From the IMG/VR virus record IMGVR_UViG_3300034198_023063, positions 16,758 to 80,757 of that record: a stretch of DNA of 64,000 nucleotides. One strand, written 5' to 3'. A model generated the notes under the pieces. It was not told the DNA's origin and made no database searches. It saw nothing but the letters and a program-made list of their open reading frames with translations. Source of the stretch: a virus. Shown here in pieces: positions 40,936 through 49,367 of this stretch. The position numbers and the translations under genes were made by a program. Positions within the stretch are counted from its first letter, which is position 1; every line of letters starts with the position of its first letter.

Positions 40936-41649
40936 TCAATCCTCTCTTTCATTATAGCAAAGAGTGTTATTTTTAAAAAATTTCTTTACGAGTTTTTCGT
41001 AAGTTTCGAAATCTTTCGAATCATTAACTGTATAAGACGTTGGTTTTTCAGAAATTCTATTTAAAGAAGATCCAAGACAAAAAATTGGCTCGCCATCTAT
41101 TTTAGATATAAAAAAAGGCAAAAAGTTATCAGCGTAATGATGCAAGAAAGATTGATTAAAAATCACTCCTTGGAGATAATTTTCAACTGTTTCTCTATCA
41201 AATACTGGATATCCCATGATCATTTCGGTCGGCTCGTTATATATATTTTCAATGGGTGGTATTCTTGTGGCTGTTAATTTATTTAAATTTAAAGGGGCTC
41301 CTATAGCTGTTATTTTTAATTTTCTATTGTTAAAAATGTTAGATTTTAATAATTCTATGGCGTCTAAACAACCATCTGAAAGTTTATGATCGTCATTTAA
41401 AATAAAAATATATTTGCCTTTAGACGCTTTGTACATTTCATTATAGCACTTAACAGTATTCCCATATTTTTTATTAGTATCTATTATATTAATTATTCTA
41501 TCGTCTTTTATTTGTTCGAATGAAGATATAATTATTTCAAAAGAATATTTTTTATAATGATTGGTGGTAGTGTCGATAATATTATCTACTACTTTTTTAC
41601 ATAAAACATCATAATTTTCGCCATTTACTATAAGAAAAGAAATATCCAT
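40936..41649 (-). CDS. GT2-like glycosyltransferase
   Basis: ISFLI...FEIII...YNEMYKASKGKYIFILNDDH...HHYAD. Confidence 0.75.
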   Translation of the reverse strand: MDISFLIVNGENYDVLCKKVVDNIIDTTTNHYKKYSFEIIISSFEQIKDDRIINIIDTNKKYGNTVKCYNEMYKASKGKYIFILNDDHKLSDGCLDAIELLKSNIFNNRKLKITAIGAPLNLNKLTATRIPPIENIYNEPTEMIMGYPVFDRETVENYLQGVIFNQSFLHHYADNFLPFFISKIDGEPIFCLGSSLNRISEKPTSYTVNDSKDFETYEKLVKKFFKNNTLCYNERED

Positions 41650-41650
41650 A

Positions 41651-42547
41651 TTATTTTGCGGTTATAATTTCAATAAGATTTTTAGCTTTTTCTTTATGTA
41701 TGTTGCTGGAATGTTTTAATTTATAATTCCTGAGAGAATTGAGTCTTTTCTGTATTAATTTTTCTCTATTGGAGCAAATATCAGTTATTTGATTTATTTC
41801 ATTATAATTTATAGAATTTAATTTATTACAATATTCATCCATTCCCCATCCGTCCGAAACAATCAGGCAAAGACCAAAAGACATAGCGTTAGTTAAAGAG
41901 CAGGAGTGGACTTGTCTTGATGGAAGTAAGAAAATATCTGATTTATAGTATAGTTCTTGAAGTTCATTTTCTGAAATATATTCTTTGATTATATTTACTT
42001 TATCTGGGAATAGATTTTTGCATTTTAGATTTTTATTAGTTCTAAAAGTCAAATTAATATTAATATTATTTTGAAGAAGATAACATGCTATGTCATCCAC
42101 TTTATCTCCGCCTCTTTCGAAAAAATTATTATCGTTTATGTCTATCCAGCTACCCCAAGCTATAAGATTAATAGGCCTATCAGATTTTAAAGATTCTATA
42201 TTTTGTAAAATAATAGAATAGTTTTTATCTGGAGAAGATAAGTCTAGATGATATGTATTGCAATTATATTTTTCAAATACTTGCTCGCATGTGTTTTTTA
42301 TATGACTAATAAAACCGAGAAAATTTTTATTGTTTATGATTTCTTCTCTTCGAAAAGTTTTGAATTCTTCTAAATATAGAAAAAATGGTTTTTTATAAAA
42401 CTCTTCGTTTGAATAAAATGGCAAATTCATGCCAGAATGAGGGTCGTCAAGTCCTATAATATTGCAATCAAAGTCTATACTTTTAAAAGTATTTCTTAAT
42501 ACATTATATAAAGTATGATCGTTTTTAATTGCGAAAATGTTTATCAT
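41651..42547 (-). CDS. GT4-like glycosyltransferase
   Basis: LQELYYKSDIFLLPS...NAMSFGL..IVSD. Start moved to ATG 42547. Confidence 0.75.
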   Translation of the reverse strand: MINIFAIKNDHTLYNVLRNTFKSIDFDCNIIGLDDPHSGMNLPFYSNEEFYKKPFFLYLEEFKTFRREEIINNKNFLGFISHIKNTCEQVFEKYNCNTYHLDLSSPDKNYSIILQNIESLKSDRPINLIAWGSWIDINDNNFFERGGDKVDDIACYLLQNNININLTFRTNKNLKCKNLFPDKVNIIKEYISENELQELYYKSDIFLLPSRQVHSCSLTNAMSFGLCLIVSDGWGMDEYCNKLNSINYNEINQITDICSNREKLIQKRLNSLRNYKLKHSSNIHKEKAKNLIEIITAK

Positions 42548-42548
42548 A

Positions 42549-43079
42549 TTATTTTTCGTTGTAAAAATCTCCCCATTCAACTAAAATTGTAGATTTGCCA
42601 TCTGTTCTATTCAAGGCTTTCTCATAAGCAGGAAATATGTCTTCAGGCTCATCTAGCCTAATAACGTCAATATTAGACAGCATCAATTTAAAAGCCTCTG
42701 TAAAATCTCCAACATGTTGATGCTGGGGGTGCATTGGGCGGATAGATCCAATTCCTGTTCTAATTATAGCTTTTGTTTTATAATCAGAAATCATTTGGAT
42801 CTTGTCAAGATGACTAACTACTTGGTTGGTCGCCAATAAAAAGAAATTCCATCTTGGATAAATGCTGATTGGTATTTTTCCAGATAAAGCAAGCCCATTT
42901 GTGATTCCAGCTTGTAAGTCTTCGCAAACTGGAAGCTCTAGTTTCTTAGAATCTGGAACATCTTTCAGGGTATTAGTCATTGCAGTCCCAGCGTATTCAA
43001 CGGCCTGACCAATAAAAATAGTGTCTGGATGAGAAGCCAGAAAATTCATTGATCTTTTTAATTCGTCAAAATATTTCAT
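42549..43079 (-). CDS. TPP-enzyme pyrimidine-binding subunit (E1-beta/transketolase-like, lacks the C-terminal domain)
   Basis: FIGQAV, ELPVCED...GLAL.G..P, HPQHQH. Confidence 0.8.
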   Translation of the reverse strand: MKYFDELKRSMNFLASHPDTIFIGQAVEYAGTAMTNTLKDVPDSKKLELPVCEDLQAGITNGLALSGKIPISIYPRWNFFLLATNQVVSHLDKIQMISDYKTKAIIRTGIGSIRPMHPQHQHVGDFTEAFKLMLSNIDVIRLDEPEDIFPAYEKALNRTDGKSTILVEWGDFYNEK

Positions 43080-43080
43080 A

Positions 43081-43689
43081 TTAAAATTGAACTCTTTGCC
43101 CAGCGCCAGCGTGGGGCCATTTAGTTTCGTACTTATAGTAGTGAATGTATTTGTTATAAACTCCTTCGTAAGTTAATCTAATTGAATTCCATGTTTTTTT
43201 AGTATCTGTGCATACGGATTTTCCATTGTCCTCAATAATGAATCTTACTGGAAGATCGTGATTTTTAACATATTTATAGCATTCTTCAAAAGATCCAGTT
43301 TCAGATGTCATGTCTCCTACGAAACAATGTATTTTTTCTGAAGATCCATTTCTTTTAGAAGCTATTCCAAGGCCGACTGCTATAGGTAATATTCCAGTCA
43401 CAATAGCGGAAGAAAACACTTTATATTCAGGAAAGCAAAGAGAAATAGATTTGCCATCCATAATACTTTGTTTGACTTGATCTTGAGGGACTCCCTTTAG
43501 AAGGCATTGATAATGACTTCTCCAAGTACAAAGAACCCAATCTTCATCTTTTATATCTTGAAAAACATTTATAATGCTATCTTCGTTTCCATTATATAGA
43601 TGAACTGGAGATTTTATTTTGCCAGAATTAAATTCTTTGGCAATATCTTCTTCAAATTCAATCAATTCTTCTTTTGAATATTTTTTCAT
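43081..43689 (-). CDS. TPP-binding subunit (E1-alpha-like, short)
   Basis: HLYNGNE, TWRSHY, GDMTSETG...EDN TPP-binding motif. Confidence 0.85.
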   Translation of the reverse strand: MKKYSKEELIEFEEDIAKEFNSGKIKSPVHLYNGNEDSIINVFQDIKDEDWVLCTWRSHYQCLLKGVPQDQVKQSIMDGKSISLCFPEYKVFSSAIVTGILPIAVGLGIASKRNGSSEKIHCFVGDMTSETGSFEECYKYVKNHDLPVRFIIEDNGKSVCTDTKKTWNSIRLTYEGVYNKYIHYYKYETKWPHAGAGQRVQF

Positions 43690-45210
43690 TTAATTGTAAA
43701 TTTTACGTTTGAGTTTTACTTGTAACATATTTTTGATATTTTCACAAGCCCTTATTCCAAATTTATTTTTTATCTTTTCTAAAAATTTTGAATCGTTATG
43801 ATATTCTTCGAAAGCTAAATCTCTAAATTTTAAAATTTCAGCAGCGCTCAAAGTTTCTGTAGGAAGAGGCATAGTGTCGTATCCATGAAAAGAAAACGCT
43901 TCATACTTATCTGGAACTTGTATGTTTTTAGATATAGCGTCTTTGTAAAGTTGGCTGCCGGGAAGAGCCATTGCTGCGTAGGCATTCCAACCTGCTGTGC
44001 AAAGTTCTTTTGAGAACTCTAAAGTCTTTCTCATACTTTCTAAAGTATCTCCGGGAAGTCCAAAAATATAATTAGCCATTACTTCTATTCCAGAATCGTG
44101 GACTTGAGATATTACTTTTCTTATGTCAACTTCTTCGAATTTTCCTTTAGATACTTCTAGTCTTACTGATTTTTCTGCGCTTTCTATGCCAAGAGCAAGC
44201 CATCTGATTCCAGCAGATCTAACTAGCTTTAAAAGCTCTGGATTGCGTACAGTATCTATTCTTGAATAAGCCCACATCATTAAATCTTTACCGTATCCAC
44301 GATCTCTAAGCATTTCACATAAAGGGGCATAAAATTTTTTATTGAGTAAGAACATTTCGTCAGTTATTTTTATTGTTCTAACTCCCATGGAATATAGTTT
44401 GTCAAACTCTTTAATTATAAATTCAGGAGTCCAATACCTCATTCCACTATATTTACCAGCAACGCCTACTTCTTCATTATCATTTCTATTGATAATATTT
44501 ATCATGCAGAAATTACATGCGAATTGGCATCCTAGAGAAGTTTGAATTGCTGCGTAAGGAGTCCTTTTCGATTCGTCATATTCAGAATGCCATAGCGGAG
44601 ATCTATACAAGTCGAGAGGAGATTTATCAAATGGCAAGAGATCCCAAGCGTATCCCGGTAAATCTATATCCATTCTGTCGTTTGGAACAACTTTTTCTGG
44701 AGGATTTATTGTTACTACTCCATTTTTTCTCCAAACTATGCCTTTAATTTCTTCTAAGTTAGAAAAATCATTTAAAGCAGCAAGATTTCTTATGGCATAA
44801 ACACCTTCATTTGTGCAAGCGAAATCTATAGACTCTTCTTCTTTTAAGCATTTAATAGGAAGAGCTTGGACATAAGAGCCGATATAGCAAATTGGAATTT
44901 TTACATTTTTTGATTTTAAAAATTTAGAAACAAAAACAGCTCCAGACATATTTACTGTCCCAGCATTTACATTTTGCCCGTATACGACAAAACATAAAAG
45001 CTTGGGTTTCAGTTCATTTATTCTGTCTAGAATAGACTCGTTGCTAAGTCTTTCGGCGTTGATATCTAATATTCCGACTTTAAATCCGATTGACCTACAA
45101 GATTCAGCCAATAATAATGCCCAAGTAGGAGGTTCTATTGCAGAATAAGATTCAGAAAGACTTTGATAAATTCCAGAAGAGTTGCCGGGAGATATGAATA
45201 GTATGTCCAT
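43690..45210 (-). CDS. cobalamin-binding radical SAM enzyme (class B methyltransferase-like)
   Basis: N-terminal B12-binding domain (EPPTW...); SLGCQFACNFC CxxxCxxC; GIES; IFGLPGDT. Start moved to ATG 45210. Confidence 0.9.
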   Translation of the reverse strand: MDILFISPGNSSGIYQSLSESYSAIEPPTWALLLAESCRSIGFKVGILDINAERLSNESILDRINELKPKLLCFVVYGQNVNAGTVNMSGAVFVSKFLKSKNVKIPICYIGSYVQALPIKCLKEEESIDFACTNEGVYAIRNLAALNDFSNLEEIKGIVWRKNGVVTINPPEKVVPNDRMDIDLPGYAWDLLPFDKSPLDLYRSPLWHSEYDESKRTPYAAIQTSLGCQFACNFCMINIINRNDNEEVGVAGKYSGMRYWTPEFIIKEFDKLYSMGVRTIKITDEMFLLNKKFYAPLCEMLRDRGYGKDLMMWAYSRIDTVRNPELLKLVRSAGIRWLALGIESAEKSVRLEVSKGKFEEVDIRKVISQVHDSGIEVMANYIFGLPGDTLESMRKTLEFSKELCTAGWNAYAAMALPGSQLYKDAISKNIQVPDKYEAFSFHGYDTMPLPTETLSAAEILKFRDLAFEEYHNDSKFLEKIKNKFGIRACENIKNMLQVKLKRKIYN

Positions 45211-45212
45211 AA

Positions 45213-45818
45213 TTATAATTGTTTTATCCAAGTATTAAATCCAATAAGCTCAATATCATATCCAAAATGATCAAAAGTAGCTTGAATAACCCCTTGATGT
45301 CTTGGCGGGTTTCCAGTGCAATCTTTATTTAAAATATTAGGATCTTTTGTTTCGTTAACAAATTCAAATCCTTCAAAATCATGACCGCATAAAAAACCTC
45401 CTTTTTTAACTTTTGGAATACATAACTTAATATCAGAATATACGCTATCATATGCGTGGTCGGCGTCTATAAAGCAAATATCTAAAGAGTTATCTGGTAT
45501 TAAAGGAATCATGTCTTGACTTTTGCCATCTTTTATTTCAATTATATCAAGATATTCAGAAAGATTGGTTTTGAATTGTTTCAAAATTAATTCATGATTA
45601 TCTTCATTATACCCATGCGGTCCTACTACGTTAAGATTTCCTTTAAACCAGTCTACTATATATATTTTTCCTTTATTTTTTTTTATTGTTTTTACATAGC
45701 CAATCGTTGTAGAGCCATCGAAAGAACCAATTTCAGCAACTGTGATTCCGTTTTTTGCATTTTTATGTATTAAATTAGTAAAAGCAAAATTTTGCTCTGT
45801 TATAAAATTTTTTATCAT
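45213..45818 (-). CDS. class I SAM methyltransferase (Methyltransf_24-like)
   Basis: EIGSFDGST...FIDADHAY...GGFLCGHD. Confidence 0.85.
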   Translation of the reverse strand: MIKNFITEQNFAFTNLIHKNAKNGITVAEIGSFDGSTTIGYVKTIKKNKGKIYIVDWFKGNLNVVGPHGYNEDNHELILKQFKTNLSEYLDIIEIKDGKSQDMIPLIPDNSLDICFIDADHAYDSVYSDIKLCIPKVKKGGFLCGHDFEGFEFVNETKDPNILNKDCTGNPPRHQGVIQATFDHFGYDIELIGFNTWIKQL

Positions 45819-46750
45819 AGATTTGTGAAATCTTTATTTTTATATTTTATTATTTGTTGATATCCACAAATCAACTCACTGATTCCAGCCTCTAAAGAAA
45901 AATTTGGGCTCCATCCGTAAGACTCTATCTTTTCGTTTGATACCCTATAATTCCTTTGATCGAAATCTTTTTTAAATTCATTTTGAACAATAACTAGTTC
46001 AGGAACAAATTTTTTGATCGTTTCAACGAGTTGTAGTTTATTAAGATTAGCGTCAGAAAGACCAACATTAAAAGCGTTGTTGTTGCAATTCAGATAGCGA
46101 TTAACCATGAAAGAAAATGCTTTGGCTACGTCTCTGACATGAATATAGTTTCTTATAAAATGAGATTCAAAAAGAACCAAATAACCATCAGTTAATGATT
46201 TATATACCAAATCGTTAACAAGAAGATCCATTCTCATTCTGTAAGACATTCCAAAAACTGTGGCAAGCCTTAGCGCTATTCCATTTCCAGAGTCTAATAG
46301 AGCTTTTTCTGCATCACATTTAGTTTCAGCGTAAAGAGAAAGAGGTTTAAATGGACTACTTTCAGTAATAATTTCAGTAGAAGACCCATACTGGCTATTA
46401 GTATTCGGCAATATGATTCTGTGTCTAGGGCTAGAGAATTTAATTACATTTTTTATTTGATTAAGATTAATGTCTATAGCTGCTTGAGGATTAACTTTGC
46501 AAGCTGGCATCCCAACTATTGCAGCTAGTGGAATAACAACTTCGTTCTCTTTTACAAACTTTTCCAAAAGCGCGGAATTTCTTACGTCGCCAAGAATAAA
46601 CTTAAAAGATTTGTTGTGAAAAAATCCACTCAGAGAAAGTTGGTTGTAACATAAATTATCCAAAACTGTTACCTCATGCCCTTCTTTGAGTAAGGTTTCA
46701 GTAAGCACTGATCCTAAATAGCCAGCTCCTCCTGTAATTAAAATTTTCAT
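45815..46750 (-). CDS. NAD-dependent epimerase/dehydratase (extended SDR)
   Basis: ITGGAGYLGS, YAETK, RLATVFG. Confidence 0.9.
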   Translation of the reverse strand: MKILITGGAGYLGSVLTETLLKEGHEVTVLDNLCYNQLSLSGFFHNKSFKFILGDVRNSALLEKFVKENEVVIPLAAIVGMPACKVNPQAAIDINLNQIKNVIKFSSPRHRIILPNTNSQYGSSTEIITESSPFKPLSLYAETKCDAEKALLDSGNGIALRLATVFGMSYRMRMDLLVNDLVYKSLTDGYLVLFESHFIRNYIHVRDVAKAFSFMVNRYLNCNNNAFNVGLSDANLNKLQLVETIKKFVPELVIVQNEFKKDFDQRNYRVSNEKIESYGWSPNFSLEAGISELICGYQQIIKYKNKDFTNL

Positions 46751-47256
46751 ATTGTGTATTTTATAATTTCTTTTAGTAAATCTTTTCCATCTTTATAGTT
46801 TTCAAGCCACTTATTTTCTTGATTTTTCTCTCCTATTATATCTGAAATATACTTAAAACACAAAAAATTTACACCCATTGTTTGGCATGTTTTTGCTAAC
46901 GCAAAAGCTTCCATATCAACACAATTAGCGTGTTTATTTGGGGTTTCAGTTACAAAATTATCAAAAGTAAGACATGTGTTTTTAGAAGCTTGAAATACTA
47001 TATGTTCTTCCACATAGTTTGGATAGCTTAATTGTCCATCTATAAAAATACCGCATTCGATAACAGAACCTTTTCTATGATTTATTCCGCCAGCAGAACC
47101 AACGTTTATGACTAGTTGAGTTTGCGGATTTTTATTAAGATAATTGCAAATGCTTAAAGTAGCATTTACTTTTCCTACTCCAGTATAAATGACTGGAAAT
47201 TCATTATCGAATGGAAATTCGGGCTTTATTGCCGTTGCTATAATAAAATTTTTCAT
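46747..47256 (-). CDS. MTA/SAH nucleosidase-like (PNP_UDP family)
   Basis: GVGKVNA, NVGSAGG, VDMEAFA, KYISD. Confidence 0.85.
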   Translation of the reverse strand: MKNFIIATAIKPEFPFDNEFPVIYTGVGKVNATLSICNYLNKNPQTQLVINVGSAGGINHRKGSVIECGIFIDGQLSYPNYVEEHIVFQASKNTCLTFDNFVTETPNKHANCVDMEAFALAKTCQTMGVNFLCFKYISDIIGEKNQENKWLENYKDGKDLLKEIIKYTI

Positions 47257-47789
47257 TGATCTCTTTGGGAAAGTATAGGGTTTTTAATAGGCCAAAAAAT
47301 ATTATAAGATGGATCGTTCCATTTAACATGGATTTGATCCTTTTGGGCTACATATTTATGTGTTAATTTATAATGAAATAAACACTCTTCAGAAACGCAA
47401 AGGTGAGCGTTAACGCAACCATTTGGAACCAAAATTTGCAATTTATTATGCTCGTTTAAATTAAACGCCTGATGTATGCCATAAGTCTTTGAGTTTTTTC
47501 TAGTATCTAGTACAACAAAGTAAATAGATCCTTTTAGGCAGTCTATGAGTTTCCATGCGAATTGATCTCCGTGAAAGCCTCTAAGTGAGTTTTTACTAGA
47601 TTTGGAATAACTATCTATTAAGAACTTTGGTTGTTGCTTTTGCCATTCTTCACTGGAAGAAAATATTTCTTGATACTTTTCGTCGTCGTATCCTTCAAAG
47701 TTTTCGCCTCTGAAATCATAAAATGATTCAGGCTTTAATATAAAAAGATCTTGTATATTTGAAGTGGAGCTAAGATTTTCTAGTTTCAT
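47253..47789 (-). CDS. rmlC: dTDP-4-dehydrorhamnose 3,5-epimerase family
   Basis: DFRGENFE, LRGFHGD, VVLDTRKNS, VPNGCVNAH, WNDP...WP...PILSQRD. Confidence 0.85.
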   Translation of the reverse strand: MKLENLSSTSNIQDLFILKPESFYDFRGENFEGYDDEKYQEIFSSSEEWQKQQPKFLIDSYSKSSKNSLRGFHGDQFAWKLIDCLKGSIYFVVLDTRKNSKTYGIHQAFNLNEHNKLQILVPNGCVNAHLCVSEECLFHYKLTHKYVAQKDQIHVKWNDPSYNIFWPIKNPILSQRDQ

Positions 47790-48495
47790 TTATTTTAGAT
47801 TTTAGCTTCTGTACTTCTTTAGATATATCTAGAGAATATGGATCGACAGAATTTCTAGCAGAATTCATTCTCATTTCTGCGGCGGTTATATCTGGATTTA
47901 TTACCGCTTCAACAGTTCTGTGTAAAATGTGGTCTATTTGAAGATTTGATAAATCGATAACTCTATCAATAGAATCATAAACTCTATATATAGAAGAGTC
48001 TCCGCCTAGGCCAACAAAAGAGTCGTACATGAAAAAACCAATAGTATTAACAGCCTCTCTAGATATAATTGGAAATGAACAGTAGCCTTTTGAATGATCT
48101 CTATCTGCGCTATTGCAAGATGTTTTGCAATAATAAATATTGTCGGTTATATTGTTTTCTTGCTTATATTTATTGATGTTTTCTTCGGCAATCAAATCCC
48201 AGTCTTGGGTGATTATCTGAATGTCATCATTGCAAACAAAAATATTATCTCCTCTAGAAAGGAATACTAGTTCGTTTATTGATTTATGAAGATTGGTTGG
48301 TCTATTACCACAAAAAAATTTAACATTTAAATTAAATTTATACTCAGCAAGTTTTAAGGATTCGGGGTCGTCGTTATCAATCCTTATTAAAATTTCTACA
48401 TCTTCTTTGCTTTTTGTTTTTTCAAAGATAGACTTTATGAAATTAAAAAGAAACTGAGGTCTTTTTCTGGAATTAAGAATTAGGCTGAACTTCAT
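47770..48495 (-). CDS. GT2-like glycosyltransferase
   Basis: FSLILNSRKRP...IDNDD...CNDD...SFPIISRE. Confidence 0.75.
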   Translation of the reverse strand: MKFSLILNSRKRPQFLFNFIKSIFEKTKSKEDVEILIRIDNDDPESLKLAEYKFNLNVKFFCGNRPTNLHKSINELVFLSRGDNIFVCNDDIQIITQDWDLIAEENINKYKQENNITDNIYYCKTSCNSADRDHSKGYCSFPIISREAVNTIGFFMYDSFVGLGGDSSIYRVYDSIDRVIDLSNLQIDHILHRTVEAVINPDITAAEMRMNSARNSVDPYSLDISKEVQKLKSKINETRKS

Positions 48496-49294
48496 TTAAT
48501 TGAAGATTGCTGTGAAGATTTTCTAGTATGAATTTTTCTATGGCTTCTTGATCGTCATTGATATTTTTAGTTTTAAAGACTTTCATTACTCCATCTTTGG
48601 CGTACTGATTAACAAACATTAAATCTCTAATCTCATCAGGGAAGTCTCCAATAATACAAATAGTATTTATCTTTTGCATGGAAGACATAGATTTGAAACA
48701 ACTGTCTAAACCAATAAGTGTTTTACAATATTTAACAGCAGACAAACTATACAATATATTGTCAAACGATACAAATTTTACATTTTCAGATTCTTCTAAT
48801 CCATAATTCGAAAGCTCTTTTGGTGATCCAAATATCAAATAATTATAGTTGTTGCTAATAATATTTTTTGTTAGCTGTAATGGAATTATTTTAGCTGGTA
48901 GATTAAACTCGTTATAAACTGAAGTAGCAAATCCACTTCTGAATGGGTGTATTCCTATGATATCTTTTTTAGAAGAGAAAGAATTAGCCAAATTTTCTGC
49001 TGCTAAATTGGCTTCTTCGCCAAAATCAAAAGAAGAATAAAATGCCCTAGGAGTTTCTTGTATGTCGTTTTGATTTTCTTTGGCGTGAACTTCTTTGATA
49101 GCGTCTACTTGAGAGTTATGGCTATCCATGTCGTCGAACTGGTAAAAAGAACAATTTGTGGCTCCAGCGTGATCAAATATTTGCTTTACACCTTTAAAAT
49201 GAGAATGAACTATGTATTCTGCTTGTGGATAATTTTTAATAAACCAAAAATGCTGTAGCAAGTCTCCGATTCCGCCTCTAATATAAAACTTCAT
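48473..49294 (-). CDS. GT9/GT-B-like glycosyltransferase
   Basis: GGIGD N-terminal motif; IGIHP; LIGLDS. Confidence 0.7.
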   Translation of the reverse strand: MKFYIRGGIGDLLQHFWFIKNYPQAEYIVHSHFKGVKQIFDHAGATNCSFYQFDDMDSHNSQVDAIKEVHAKENQNDIQETPRAFYSSFDFGEEANLAAENLANSFSSKKDIIGIHPFRSGFATSVYNEFNLPAKIIPLQLTKNIISNNYNYLIFGSPKELSNYGLEESENVKFVSFDNILYSLSAVKYCKTLIGLDSCFKSMSSMQKINTICIIGDFPDEIRDLMFVNQYAKDGVMKVFKTKNINDDQEAIEKFILENLHSNLQLNEVQPNS

Positions 49295-49307
49295 AGGTAA
49301 AAATATA

Positions 49308-49349
49308 TTAAGGTCTAACTATGGAATTTTCCATAAAATTAGACCTTAA
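49308..49349 (-). terminator. stem-loop downstream of nrdJ
   Basis: Inverted repeat TTAAGGTCTAA/TTAGACCTTAA with inner ATGGAA/TTCCAT. Confidence 0.6.
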
Positions 49350-49367
49350 CTTTATTGTTTTTAATTG

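Noticed and set aside
42549-43689. Pyruvate dehydrogenase E1 as a central-metabolism auxiliary gene
   Set aside because: Both subunits are truncated, E2/E3 are absent, and the context is sugar biosynthesis.
34178-49294. Bacterial chromosomal O-antigen/capsule locus
   Set aside because: It is embedded between phage-type replication genes and nrdJ, lacks export/polymerase genes, and is contiguous with the phage operons.
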